Shown here in pieces: positions 1-10,182 of a DNA stretch of 57,416 bases. The notes beneath the pieces are model-generated. The model searched no databases. It was not told the DNA's origin and was given only the letters and a program-made list of their open reading frames with translations. Made by a program: the position numbers and the translations under genes. The DNA is from an uncultured Anaerolineaceae bacterium (GTDB lineage: Bacteria > Chloroflexota > Anaerolineae > Anaerolineales > E44-bin32), in NCBI GenBank assembly GCA_964353875.1, contig CAYGXU010000007.1, forward strand, positions 1 through 57,416, written 5' to 3'. Position 1 is the first letter of the stretch. Each line of letters starts with the position of its first letter.

Positions 1-11
1 ATGGAGGAGCG

Positions 12-869
12 ATGAGTACTTATGATGCTCAAAGTCGAGCAGATTACGATGCCGCCAGGTCTCGAGCTACTTTTCGAAAATTACTGGATTTACTTTCTGG
101 CCATAGCCGGGAGCTTCTTTCCTTTGAAGAAGTTCAAAGTAAATTGCACCTTGGGGGGTGTATTTATCAAGGTATTAAGACAGTTCCATTGGCGAAGGTT
201 GTTGGCAGTGTGAATCGCTACCTAGATTTCGATCGTCGTTTTTTGCCAACTTCGTCTAACACAGCCGAACGTTGGAAAAGGATCAATACTGCCTGGTATA
301 AAGAAGTGAGCCTGCCCCCCGTGGTCTTGTACAAGGTGGGAGAGCTTTACTTTGTTGTTGATGGAAACCATCGTGTCTCAGTCGCCCGTAGCCATAATCA
401 AGAATTCATCGATGCGGAAGTCCGGGAGTGTGCTACACGAGTGACGATCAGTGGAGACATTCGTCCGGAGGATCTGGAGCGGCTTGAAGTGCAGGTGGAA
501 TTCTTTGAGCGTACCCAGTTGGATAAAATCCTTCTCGGCGTTAAGATTGAGACAACCCTGCTTGGAGGCTATGAGCGACTCATCGAGCATATCGCCGTCC
601 ATCGTTACTTTATGGGGTTGGACGAGAATCGATCTATTACGGAGAAGGAAGCCATCCTTCATTGGTATGAAACACTCTATCAACCTGTGGTGGAAGTAAT
701 CGAACAATCGGGGATCCTGGAGGATTTCCCTGGAAAGACAGCTGCTGATCTATACCTTTGGGTGATGGATCACCTTCATTATCTTCGTAGTCAGCAAGGT
801 TCTGAAGTGGTCATGCCTGAAGATGCGGTAGAGGATTTCGTAGAGAATATCCTTGATTCGGATAAGTAG
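12..869 (+). CDS. ParB/sulfiredoxin-like N-terminal domain protein with DUF4032-like remainder
   Basis: 285-aa ORF with GGAGGAG RBS at 3-9. Motif FVVDGNHRVSVAR resembles the ParB/Srx DGxHR box. The family assignment is from memory. Confidence 0.6.
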   Translation: MSTYDAQSRADYDAARSRATFRKLLDLLSGHSRELLSFEEVQSKLHLGGCIYQGIKTVPLAKVVGSVNRYLDFDRRFLPTSSNTAERWKRINTAWYKEVSLPPVVLYKVGELYFVVDGNHRVSVARSHNQEFIDAEVRECATRVTISGDIRPEDLERLEVQVEFFERTQLDKILLGVKIETTLLGGYERLIEHIAVHRYFMGLDENRSITEKEAILHWYETLYQPVVEVIEQSGILEDFPGKTAADLYLWVMDHLHYLRSQQGSEVVMPEDAVEDFVENILDSDK

Positions 870-885
870 GATGGAGTAAGACGCG

Positions 886-1956
886 GTGACGATTGTGAAA
901 GACATCTCTTGGCAATGGCCGTTCAGCCGCGCTGACCTTACGGCTGGCCTGCGACGTTCCTTGCGGGATCTTACCCTAAAGGTGTCAGAGGTGCAGCCAA
1001 TGGCCATCTCCTCACGTCGCCCATCGATTGGAGCGTTGCGTGGATTGCAGGTTAAATATCGGGGGAACCAGGGCGAGGGGAGCTGTCGCCTGGTTGTCAA
1101 AGAGCCGCGAGGTACGACGCGCACTGGTTTGGCAGGTGCGGGACGGCGAGAGGTGGGCGTCTACCAGTTTTTGTCCGGGCAACTGCCTCTCATTCTCCCT
1201 GCCTTAATTACAGCTTCTCCAACTGGAGATTGGCTCTTGCTGGAAGCAGTACCTCCGGCGCGAGATGCCAGCCGTTGGCAGCGAAGAGATTATTTGAAAG
1301 CGATCGAAGCCCTGGTTGCATTACACGATCGGTTCTGGGCGCTGGGAGAAGACTTGAATGCCTTCACCTGGCTCAGCCGTCCCATCACCAAGGATTTTGA
1401 AGTTCATGTCACGGCTGGCACTCATGCTGTGGAGACAATTCTTTATCGAGGGGAACCTGCTTCCCTCGCCAAAGCACCTGAAAAGATGCAGGTACTAAAA
1501 AGTTTGACAGACAAAGCAGAATTGATCATCGCACCGCTACGAAAGGAAGCGAGCACCCTGCTTCATGGAGATTATTGGCCTGGAAATATCTCCGTAATGA
1601 AGGATGGGAGTCAAATCGTGTATGATTGGCAATTGACAGCCATCGGGCCGGCCATCCTGGATTTACTGGTCTTTATCAAAAAGAGTGTATGGTGGTTCGA
1701 TTCGCTCCCGATCGACGAGCAGGAGATCATCGAGTATTATCGCAAATTGATGGAGAGGCGTATTGGTGTTACCTGGTCGGATGAAGATTGGGAACGACTT
1801 TGGGAACATGCTCTTATGTGGCGCTTCATTCAGGAATGGTTGGATCTTCTGGCTGCCTCGCCCGATCCGGTTTTGCTATCGCGGGCAGAACAATTAGAGA
1901 AGGTCTGGCTGAAGCCGGTTTTAGCAGCCGTGGAAAAGAGGCTAGGGGAGAATTAG
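886..1956 (+). CDS. Aminoglycoside/choline-kinase-like phosphotransferase family protein
   Basis: 356-aa ORF with GTG start and GGAG upstream. LLHGDYWPGNI matches the HxDxxxxN catalytic loop of the APH/protein-kinase-like fold. Confidence 0.65.
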   Translation: MTIVKDISWQWPFSRADLTAGLRRSLRDLTLKVSEVQPMAISSRRPSIGALRGLQVKYRGNQGEGSCRLVVKEPRGTTRTGLAGAGRREVGVYQFLSGQLPLILPALITASPTGDWLLLEAVPPARDASRWQRRDYLKAIEALVALHDRFWALGEDLNAFTWLSRPITKDFEVHVTAGTHAVETILYRGEPASLAKAPEKMQVLKSLTDKAELIIAPLRKEASTLLHGDYWPGNISVMKDGSQIVYDWQLTAIGPAILDLLVFIKKSVWWFDSLPIDEQEIIEYYRKLMERRIGVTWSDEDWERLWEHALMWRFIQEWLDLLAASPDPVLLSRAEQLEKVWLKPVLAAVEKRLGEN

Positions 1957-2171
1957 GCTTCAATAGGTGACCAGTGCTTAAATCTTGACAACCATCGAAC
2001 GATCTCATGATCAATTGGGTTTCTTTCCTGCCTTATATATTGGGCCAGTCAAATCAGTCTTCTTTAAGTTTCAGCCAACCAGCCAATTCGGGAGCAGAGA
2101 CGCGGGTCGGACAACTTCTCGACCGGTACTCAAGGTAGCAAAAAATCAAAGAACAGGATTGAGAGAGGGCC

Positions 2172-3611
2172 ATGTCAAACGATCGATTACCTTCACGCGC
2201 TGAAAATTTCGCCGAGTGGTACAACCAACTTGTGCTCCGTGCTGAATTAGCAGATTATGCGCCAGTTCGGGGATGCATGGTCGTACGTCCCTACGGTTGG
2301 GCTTTATGGGAAAATATCCAGGCTGCACTTGATCGGCGTTTCCGAGCGACAGGTCATGAAAATGCTGCCTTTCCTCTATTCATCCCTAAGAGCTTCCTGG
2401 AACGAGAAAAAGAGCATGTGGAGGGGTTCTCACCAGAATTAGCAGTTGTCACGATAGGTGGCGGTGAGGAGCTTGAGGAGCCCTTGGTAGTTCGGCCAAC
2501 ATCGGAGACGATTATCGGGCATATGTATGCAAAGTGGATCAAGTCGTACCGCGATCTCCCTGTTTTAATCAATTTGTGGAATAACGTTGTACGCTGGGAA
2601 CTCAGAACAAAACTCTTCCTGCGGACGACGGAGTTCTACTGGCAGGAAGGTCACACTGCACATGCAACGCATGAGGAGGCGGAAGCAGAAACTTTGCAGA
2701 TGTTAGATATTTATGCGGATTTTGCTCAAAATGAAGCAGCAGTCCCAGTGATCAAGGGATTGAAGAGCGAGCGGGAGAAATTCGCAGGCGCGTTGCGATC
2801 TTATTCCATTGAAGCCATGATGGGGGATCGAAGAGCATTGCAAGCAGGGACTTCTCATAATCTCGGAGAGAACTTTGCCCGGGCTTTCAACATCCGCTAT
2901 TCCGACCAGGAGAATGAATTACGGTATTGCTGGACGACTTCTTGGGGGCTCTCAACAAGATTTATTGGCGCTATCGTCATGGTTCATGGGGACGATCAAG
3001 GTCTAATCCTGCCCCCTCGTTTGGCTCCATATCAAGTTGTCATCGTGCCCATTTATCGGAACGATACTCAAAAATCGGTCGTATCGGAAGCGGCTGAGAG
3101 AATGAAATCCCAGCTATCCGAATTTCGGACCAAGGTAGACCATCGAGAAGGTCTCACACCCGGTTTTAAATTCAATGATTGGGAGATGCGCGGTGTCCCT
3201 CTACGCATTGAAGTTGGCCCTAAAGAGATGGAAAGCGGAAATGTGGTCCTTGCACGTCGAGATGTTTCTGGTCGTGAAGGAAAAAGGGTAGTGACTCAGA
3301 ATGGACTGGAAGAGATCATCAGGGAGACATTGGACTCGATCCAAGGCACTCTTTTTCAGAGAGCAGTCCAGATTCGGGAAGATAATACTCACCGAGTGCA
3401 GGATTATCAAGAATTCAAAGAGGTTTTAGAGGCGGAAGGTGGATTCCTGCGTGTCCATTGGGCAGGGACAAGTGAGGATGAGGATCAAATCAAAGAGGAA
3501 ACAAAAGCCACAATCCGCTGCTTCCCTTTAGACAAGACAGAAGGGCGAGGGAAATGTTTCTACACAGGCCATGAAACGGAACGCATCGCCATTTTCGCTA
3601 GAGCATACTGA
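2172..3611 (+). CDS. proS: Proline--tRNA ligase (archaeal/eukaryote-like class II type)
   Basis: 479 aa. The N-terminus SRAENFAEWYNQLVLRAELADYAPVRGCMVVRPYGWALWE and the ending FARAY are typical of ProRS. Confidence 0.95.
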   Translation: MSNDRLPSRAENFAEWYNQLVLRAELADYAPVRGCMVVRPYGWALWENIQAALDRRFRATGHENAAFPLFIPKSFLEREKEHVEGFSPELAVVTIGGGEELEEPLVVRPTSETIIGHMYAKWIKSYRDLPVLINLWNNVVRWELRTKLFLRTTEFYWQEGHTAHATHEEAEAETLQMLDIYADFAQNEAAVPVIKGLKSEREKFAGALRSYSIEAMMGDRRALQAGTSHNLGENFARAFNIRYSDQENELRYCWTTSWGLSTRFIGAIVMVHGDDQGLILPPRLAPYQVVIVPIYRNDTQKSVVSEAAERMKSQLSEFRTKVDHREGLTPGFKFNDWEMRGVPLRIEVGPKEMESGNVVLARRDVSGREGKRVVTQNGLEEIIRETLDSIQGTLFQRAVQIREDNTHRVQDYQEFKEVLEAEGGFLRVHWAGTSEDEDQIKEETKATIRCFPLDKTEGRGKCFYTGHETERIAIFARAY

Positions 3612-3726
3612 TTAGGGAGTAATCGAAAACCTCATTGTTTGTGAGACGATTTCCTTTGATGAACTGCCTCCCTTCTCTGACCTTGGGATGATTCTTTTTT
3701 TCAATTAAGAGGTTGATCGAATAAGG

Positions 3727-4512
3727 ATGCCAGCAATTGATCCAGAACGCCTCTCTCGAGAGATTGAGAAGCTTCATTCTACTTTAGACAATCCCTCTGC
3801 CCTGCGTCAGGGGCTTTTTAATATATTGGAATACTATTCGGATCGGATACGTCGTCCGGGCGCGGTGATGCAACTTAAGCATATCGGCAAAAGCTTCGGC
3901 GTCCCTCGACCGGTCATGCGAGCGTTACGTACTGCACTCTTGGGCTGGATTACTGAAATGCAGGGACTGGATCCCTCCCTTGGGAAGGAATTGTGGCAAT
4001 CAGGATATCGCGAAGCGCGCCTTCTGGCGATTGATCTGCTTTTGGGGTTGCCTGCTGAGGAAACTCTTCATCAAGTTGAGGCCTGGTCTTTGGGGACGGA
4101 TGACCCAAACCTATTAGTCGAGCTTGCACAGATTATGGTGGATCAATGGAGGTTTGAGGATTTGGGAGCATTCTCAGAAAAAATATCCCATTGGCTCCAA
4201 AGTAAAAAGATCCAATTGCAGATGCTCGCCTTATGTGCTTTGAAGTACGCTGTGGTATCCGGAAAGTATCAGGATTTGCCGTTGATTTTTCAATTATTAC
4301 GCAATGCGCCTCCCATCCGTCGATCCGTTTTGCGCACTATTCTTCGAGAGTTGATGCAAAGTCTGATCCATTATAGCGCCTCGGAAACAGCGCGATTTCT
4401 CCTGGATGAGAGATTCTCGGGAGGCATGGTTGATCTGGCCATCATCAGGCAGCTATTGAGTTCCTTCCCACCGACCGAACGCGATCAATTGAAGCGAGCC
4501 TTGTCCACTTGA
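3727..4512 (+). CDS. HEAT-like repeat protein, possibly DNA alkylation repair (AlkD-like) family
   Basis: 261-aa ORF, helical-repeat-like. It loosely resembles AlkD-family blocks (FGVPRPVMRALRTAL, YREARLLAIDLL). Function is uncertain. Confidence 0.5.
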   Translation: MPAIDPERLSREIEKLHSTLDNPSALRQGLFNILEYYSDRIRRPGAVMQLKHIGKSFGVPRPVMRALRTALLGWITEMQGLDPSLGKELWQSGYREARLLAIDLLLGLPAEETLHQVEAWSLGTDDPNLLVELAQIMVDQWRFEDLGAFSEKISHWLQSKKIQLQMLALCALKYAVVSGKYQDLPLIFQLLRNAPPIRRSVLRTILRELMQSLIHYSASETARFLLDERFSGGMVDLAIIRQLLSSFPPTERDQLKRALST

Positions 4513-4603
4513 TATCGGCTTGGTATAATCCCAACAGCCTAAAGACTAGACCAACATGTGGCTTTTGCGACATGTATGGTGACCTGCAGAGGAGCAGAAG
4601 TCA

Positions 4604-4876
4604 ATGTCAATTAACAAGGAAGATAAAAATAAGATTATTGGAGAGTACCATCGTCACGAGAATGATACCGGATCCCCCGAGGTTCAGATTGCTATCCTCA
4701 GCCATCGCATAAATCAGCTAACTGAGCATTTGAAGCTTCACAAACATGATGAAGCCTCTAGACGAGGATTAATCAAGCTGGTAGGAAAACGTCGACGACA
4801 TTTGGCTTATCTGAAGCGAAATAATCCCTCGGGTTATCTGGCCTTAACTGAGAAGTTAGGCATCCGGCGGAAGTAA
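4604..4876 (+). CDS. rpsO: 30S ribosomal protein S15
   Basis: 90 aa with the [28 protein letters not shown] signature of S15. It lies upstream of pnp, as in many bacteria. Confidence 0.95.
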   Translation: MSINKEDKNKIIGEYHRHENDTGSPEVQIAILSHRINQLTEHLKLHKHDEASRRGLIKLVGKRRRHLAYLKRNNPSGYLALTEKLGIRRK

Positions 4877-4886
4877 GTTCGAGGGA

Positions 4887-4930
4887 AACGAGTGGATGAC
4901 TCTAGAGACACATCTACTCGTTTACTTTTA
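4887..4930 (+). terminator. rpsO terminator / pnp leader hairpin
   Basis: 12-bp stem AACGAGTGGATG (4887-4898) / CATCTACTCGTT (4911-4922) with one G-U pair, followed by TACTTTTAA. Confidence 0.6.
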
Positions 4931-5073
4931 AGAATGGTTGCAAGGAAGTCATTCGTATCGCTAATAGAAAATAAAATAACACAAGCGCCTCGGTATGCGG
5001 TGGGGTAAGGAATTGGAGAATGCCCGTCAATAGCTGAGTTTGATAGGATGACGGTCAATTTCCAGTCCCTCAC

Positions 5074-5099
5074 CCTCCGTGATCCTCGGCGCGGAGGAG
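5074..5099 (+). promoter_or_regulatory. Hairpin overlapping the pnp Shine-Dalgarno sequence
   Basis: CCTCCG (5074-5079) can pair with CGGAGG (5092-5097). That second arm is part of the GGAGGAG RBS before the ATG at 5107. Confidence 0.35.
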
Positions 5100-5106
5100 T
5101 AATAGA

Positions 5107-7317
5107 ATGCTAGAAAGCAAACAATTTAGTGCAGTTGTCGGCGGAGAAACCATCACCTTTGAAACCGGCAAAATGGCCAGCCAGGCAAACGGCGCGTTAA
5201 CGATCCGGCTTGCGGATACGTTGTTGATGGCCGCGGCCACTATGAGTAAAAATACGCGTGAAGGGATCGATTTCTTCCCCCTTACCGTTGACTATGAAGA
5301 ACGTCTTTATGCCGGAGGGCGGATTCCGGGTTCATTCTTCCGAAGGGAAGGACGTCCATCCGAGGCAGCGATTCTCATTGCGCGTTTAGCGGATCGACCT
5401 CTCCGTCCACTTTTCCCCAAGGATATGCGCAATGATGTGCAGGTGATCCTATATGCGTTCTCTTCAGATGGCAAGACACCGATCGATATCCTCGGAATCG
5501 TCGGGGCCTCAGCGGCATTAACGATCTCAGATATTCCCTTTTCCGGCCCTGTTGGCGCGGTACAAATCGGTCGAATTAATGGCGAATTCGTTGTCAACCC
5601 GACCTATCCGCAATTAGAGCAGTCTGATCTTGATTTGCGCATTGCCGGAACGCGTGATGCAGTTCTCATGGTTGAATGTAGCGCCCGCCAAGTCGAGGAA
5701 GAGGTGATGATTGCCGCTATCGAGATTGCCCACCGTGAACTCCAGCCTCTGATTGATGTACAGGAAGAAATGCGGCAGCAAGTGGGCAAGCCGAAAAGTG
5801 AATTTCGCAGTTCTGTTTCACCCGAAGGTACGTTTGATCGGGTCAACGAGTGGCTCGGCTCAAAATTTGAGGAAATCATACGCGTCCCCAAAACCAAATC
5901 TGAGATTGCGAATGCATATGAGTCTTTAGCGACTTCAGCCGTTGAAGCTTTGGCGAATGACGAATTCGGCGAATTTGAAATACGGAATGCACTCAGCGAG
6001 ATCCATAAGCAACAAGTTCGACGAGAAATCCTTGATCGACAGTGGCGTGTAGATGGGCGGGGGCCAAGGGATATTCGAGCGATTGATGCAGAAGTCGGCC
6101 TCAGCCCGCGCGCACATGGATCTGGCCTCTTCACTCGAGGTGAGACACAGGTGCTCACGATAGCAACCTTGGGCACCCCGAGCGAGCGTCAGGAATTAGA
6201 TGGGCTCTCACCAGTTGAGGTTAAACGCTATATGCATCACTACAACTTCCCGCCCTTTTCCACCGGTGAAACCCACCCCCTGCGCGGCGCTTCACGCCGA
6301 GAGGTGGGCCATGGAGCCCTGGCAGAACGGGCGTTGATTCCAGTGCTGCCCACACAAGACGAATTCCCCTATGTGATGCGACTCGTCTCTGAAGTCCTCT
6401 CCTCGAATGGGTCGACTTCTATGGCTTCCGTCTGTGCTTCTACATTGGCTCTCATGGATACAGGTGTGCCAATTAAAAATCCCGTGGCCGGTATTGCCAT
6501 GGGGCTGATCAAGGAAGATGATCATTACGCCATTCTCACAGATATTCAGGGGATCGAAGATCAACTCGGCGACATGGACTTTAAAGTTGCTGGAACGAAG
6601 AATGGGATCACAGCTCTGCAGATGGACATTAAAATCAAGGGGATCACCTCTGCGATTCTCTCCGAGGCGCTGCAACAAGCGCGTGAAGCGCGCTTGTCCA
6701 TCCTTGAAAAAATCCATGAATGCATCCCTGCGCCACGGCCCGAACTCAAGCCCCATGTCCCTCGATTGACTATGATAACGATCGATCCGGAAAAGATAGG
6801 GGCGATTATCGGTCCAGGCGGGAAGATGATACGTAAGATCCAAGAGCAAACCAACGCTGAAATCGATATTGAGGATGATGGCCGTATTTTTATCGCTTCA
6901 ACGGATGGCTTGAGCGCTGCGCGTGCCCGAGAGATGATTGAAGCTCTTATTGAGGTACCGGAAGTCGGAAGGATCTACACCGGGCGTGTCGTGCGTGTTA
7001 CAGACTTCGGAGCATTCGTTGAGATTCTGCCGAATATCGATGGGTTGGTGCATATTTCCCAATTAGATAGTGTGCGAGTAAATCGAGTTGAGGATATTGC
7101 CAAAGTAGGAGAAGAAATTACGGTCATGGTGACGGATATCGATTCGGATGGGAAGATCCGGCTCTCACGACAGGCGGTCTTGGAAGGGTGGACCGCGGAA
7201 GAGGCTACTGCTCGTGATCGACGCCCAAGCCGCAAGAGTGGCGGCAGCAGACCTTCTCGCCCAGGAGGAAGAGGAGGGGGAGAACGAGGATCTGGCTCGT
7301 CAGGAAAATACCATTAA
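5107..7317 (+). CDS. pnp: Polyribonucleotide nucleotidyltransferase (PNPase)
   Basis: 736 aa with two RNase PH domains plus KH and S1 domains ([20 protein letters not shown]). It has a Gly/Arg/Ser-rich C-terminal tail. Confidence 0.97.
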   Translation: MLESKQFSAVVGGETITFETGKMASQANGALTIRLADTLLMAAATMSKNTREGIDFFPLTVDYEERLYAGGRIPGSFFRREGRPSEAAILIARLADRPLRPLFPKDMRNDVQVILYAFSSDGKTPIDILGIVGASAALTISDIPFSGPVGAVQIGRINGEFVVNPTYPQLEQSDLDLRIAGTRDAVLMVECSARQVEEEVMIAAIEIAHRELQPLIDVQEEMRQQVGKPKSEFRSSVSPEGTFDRVNEWLGSKFEEIIRVPKTKSEIANAYESLATSAVEALANDEFGEFEIRNALSEIHKQQVRREILDRQWRVDGRGPRDIRAIDAEVGLSPRAHGSGLFTRGETQVLTIATLGTPSERQELDGLSPVEVKRYMHHYNFPPFSTGETHPLRGASRREVGHGALAERALIPVLPTQDEFPYVMRLVSEVLSSNGSTSMASVCASTLALMDTGVPIKNPVAGIAMGLIKEDDHYAILTDIQGIEDQLGDMDFKVAGTKNGITALQMDIKIKGITSAILSEALQQAREARLSILEKIHECIPAPRPELKPHVPRLTMITIDPEKIGAIIGPGGKMIRKIQEQTNAEIDIEDDGRIFIASTDGLSAARAREMIEALIEVPEVGRIYTGRVVRVTDFGAFVEILPNIDGLVHISQLDSVRVNRVEDIAKVGEEITVMVTDIDSDGKIRLSRQAVLEGWTAEEATARDRRPSRKSGGSRPSRPGGRGGGERGSGSSGKYH

Positions 7318-7336
7318 TCAATAATATTGAGAACGC

Positions 7337-7391
7337 GGAAGACCCTCTTCTCATAAACGTCGCTTGTGACAGGAAGGGGTCTTTCATTTTT
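7337..7391 (+). terminator. Possible pnp terminator
   Basis: 9-bp stem GGAAGACCC (7337-7345) / GGGTCTTTC (7377-7385) including one G-U pair, with a large 31-nt loop, followed by ATTTTT. Confidence 0.3.
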
Positions 7392-7738
7392 CCCCCTAAG
7401 GGATTAGATTTTGATTATGGATATCCGCTCATCCCAGGATGATTTATGGGTAGTAAACCGACCGGGGTTGTTTTCAATTCACGCCTCGGATAGAATCTTG
7501 ACATGATGAATTCCTGAGCACCTGTTCGAATATGCTGCCTAATTCGAAGGACCTATGAGACCCTGATAAAGCATCTGTCTGACGAAAGTGTTATTTGTGT
7601 GTTGTGAGCGATGATAGATAGGATTTTCTCGCCCAACTCGGCAGGCCCGGAAGAAGGATGCGGAATGTGCAAGAGAAAATCGTCTTTCCTGTGGATCAAG
7701 AGTCAATAGCGAGTGGGGCGAGCACGAGGAGTTAATGG

Positions 7739-8959
7739 ATGACGGACTCAAATGAATCCACCTCACCCCCTTGGCAAACTGGGACTCGCCTGGTGGTTGG
7801 GGTCCTGCTACTCATCTTTATTGGATGGTTCGTCTTCAGAGTACGGCAGCTTTTCCCCGCCCTCATCCTCGCGCTTCTACTGGCCTATTTGCTGCAGCCC
7901 TTGGTGAAACGCCTGGTCAAATTGACCCGCATGCCTCGTTGGTCAATTGTGGTCGTCCTTTATTTCCTCATCCTACTAATTATGATGGGGGCGACCACGG
8001 GAATCGGGTTTGCCATCGTGCAGCAATTGGCGGGCGTTTTTGAAGGTCTGGGCGAGCTGATCGATCAGATCCCCGAATGGCTGGCAACGATACAAAATCA
8101 GATCATCCACATCGGTCCCTGGGTAATTGATCTTTCGCGTGTCAATCTTGAACCGATTGCTAGCCAGTTGAGTTCGTCCCTACAGCCTATGCTACTCGGG
8201 ACGGGTTCGGTATTGGCATCTTTCGCAACCACCGCCGCATCAACGGTTGGGATTGCTTTCTTGGTCATGATCATTAGTCTTTATCTGCTGTTGGATTTTG
8301 ATAAACTACGTGAAGCTGTCCTCGGCCTGGTTCCAGCTTCCTATGATCGAGACGTTGGTCGGTTGATGGATAATACAGCGGATGTGTGGCAGGCATTCCT
8401 ACGAGGGCAGCTGATTCTCGGTATTGTGATCGGATCAGCAGTAGCAATTATCCTGAGCATCCTAGGCGTGAGATTCGCATTGGGTATCGGATTGATTGCC
8501 GGTCTATTGGAATTCGTCCCGATTTTTGGTCCATTTCTCTCTGGCGCCATCGCTGTTTTGGTAGCGTTATTTCAAGGTGAGAACTGGCTGGGTTTAACCC
8601 CATTATGGTATGCGGTTCTTATAGCAGGGATTTTTATTATCATTCAACAGATAGAAAATAATCTTCTCGTCCCCCGTATCATCGGACATAGTTTGAACAT
8701 TAACCCTTTGTTAGTTTTCCTATCTGTCTTGGCAGGGGGTATTCTTGCAGGAGTGCTTGGTGTGCTCCTTGCTGCACCTGCATATGCCACATTACGAATA
8801 TGGCTCGGCTATATTTATCGCAAAATCGTAAATCTGGGATCAGAACCACAACCCGTTCTTGTCCCTCCGCCGAAGAAAAGGTTGCCGAAGATTATTGGAA
8901 AGATGCGCAAATGGTTTGATCCTACAACGTGGGTTCAAAGGGTGAAGCGTAAATCATGA
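7739..8959 (+). CDS. AI-2E family (PerM/YhhT-like) transporter
   Basis: 406 aa, multi-TM, with GLLEFVPIFGPFLSG and QQIENNLLVPRIIG blocks typical of AI-2E/UPF0118. Confidence 0.85.
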   Translation: MTDSNESTSPPWQTGTRLVVGVLLLIFIGWFVFRVRQLFPALILALLLAYLLQPLVKRLVKLTRMPRWSIVVVLYFLILLIMMGATTGIGFAIVQQLAGVFEGLGELIDQIPEWLATIQNQIIHIGPWVIDLSRVNLEPIASQLSSSLQPMLLGTGSVLASFATTAASTVGIAFLVMIISLYLLLDFDKLREAVLGLVPASYDRDVGRLMDNTADVWQAFLRGQLILGIVIGSAVAIILSILGVRFALGIGLIAGLLEFVPIFGPFLSGAIAVLVALFQGENWLGLTPLWYAVLIAGIFIIIQQIENNLLVPRIIGHSLNINPLLVFLSVLAGGILAGVLGVLLAAPAYATLRIWLGYIYRKIVNLGSEPQPVLVPPPKKRLPKIIGKMRKWFDPTTWVQRVKRKS

Positions 8960-10182
8960 CGCACGGTACAGACACAGGTTCTCCAAAATGGCATAATACG
9001 ACCAAGGCACTGGTGGCGATTAGCCTCCTGGCACTGGTGGCAGCGCTCTTGATCCGTTTTAGAGTAGTACTCGGCATGTTGGTGTTCGCTGCCATTGTAG
9101 CTTTCGTCATCACCCCCATCGCCCGCTGGTTGCAGAAAAAAGCACGCTTCTCGTGGAAAGCGGCAGCTAATATCACTTTTTTATTTATGATCTTCATTAT
9201 TATTATCGCCTTTACGGCAATTGGCCTGCTTGTCGTTCAACAATTGCAGGCGCTCTTTCAAACCACACAAGGATTTCTGCTCGGTTTACCCGAGCAATTG
9301 GGTACCGGACAGCAGCTGGCCATTAAAATTGGACCATGGACAATTAATCTAGGGCAACTGGACAGCAGTGCGCTTTTCGATCAAATCCTAGGCTATTTGG
9401 AAGTTGTTCTGGGGCAGGCAAGGACAATCATCACCGGTGTCGCCACGATCGCCATCGAAACAGTCGCAAAGGTCATTTTCACGCTTATTGTGGCGTATTT
9501 TCTCACCCTTGATCATACCCGATTTAGGGAAGTGCTGAGTCAAATCCGCTTGCCAAAATATGAGGCGGATTTTGACCGTCTGCGTCATGCGCTAGGTCAA
9601 ATTTGGGATGCTTTCCTGCGTGGACAATTGCTGGTTGTGACCATCACCGGAATTCTCACCTGGCTACTAATGACCATCCTTGGCGTACGTTTTTCCCTTG
9701 GATTGGGTGTTTTAGGTGGCTTAGCCAAATTCATCCCAATTGTGGGACCTACAACTGCGGGAACTTTTGCTGCTATTGTTGCATTGTTGCAGCCATCGAA
9801 TTATTTTCATCTCACTCCTTTCGCGCATGCAATTTTGGTGGTTGTCTGTGTCATCATTCTTGATCAATCCATCGATTACTTGATTATTCCCAGAATCATG
9901 GGGACCTCACTCAATCTCCATCCTGCAATTATTATCATAGGTGCCATTCTAGGAGCTACATTAGCTGGCATTCTTGGATTGTTGCTCTCAGCACCCGCGA
10001 TGGCGACTTTGTTTCTTTTTGTAAAATACATCTATCGCAAGATGACAGACCAATCCCCCTGGGATCCGCCAATTGATACCTTGCCTGAGGTCCCGGAGCG
10101 CCATTGGCTGAGGTTGATCCAGCGTAAGGTGAAAGTCGCACAGAAGGAAGAAGTTACCCCCGAGCTTCCCGAAGAAGGGTGA
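8956..10182 (+). CDS. AI-2E family transporter (tandem paralogue)
   Basis: 408 aa with the same architecture and blocks (GLAKFIPIVGP, DYLIIPRIMG). Its start overlaps the upstream stop by 4 nt (ATGA). Confidence 0.85.
   Translation: MTHGTDTGSPKWHNTTKALVAISLLALVAALLIRFRVVLGMLVFAAIVAFVITPIARWLQKKARFSWKAAANITFLFMIFIIIIAFTAIGLLVVQQLQALFQTTQGFLLGLPEQLGTGQQLAIKIGPWTINLGQLDSSALFDQILGYLEVVLGQARTIITGVATIAIETVAKVIFTLIVAYFLTLDHTRFREVLSQIRLPKYEADFDRLRHALGQIWDAFLRGQLLVVTITGILTWLLMTILGVRFSLGLGVLGGLAKFIPIVGPTTAGTFAAIVALLQPSNYFHLTPFAHAILVVVCVIILDQSIDYLIIPRIMGTSLNLHPAIIIIGAILGATLAGILGLLLSAPAMATLFLFVKYIYRKMTDQSPWDPPIDTLPEVPERHWLRLIQRKVKVAQKEEVTPELPEEG

Noticed and set aside
5604-6176. The 190-aa minus-strand ORF inside pnp. 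Similar antisense ORFs occur inside dnaK, dnaJ, hrcA, proS and the GH5 gene.
   Set aside because: They are shadow ORFs opposite strongly conserved genes, with Ser/Arg-rich and non-protein-like composition.
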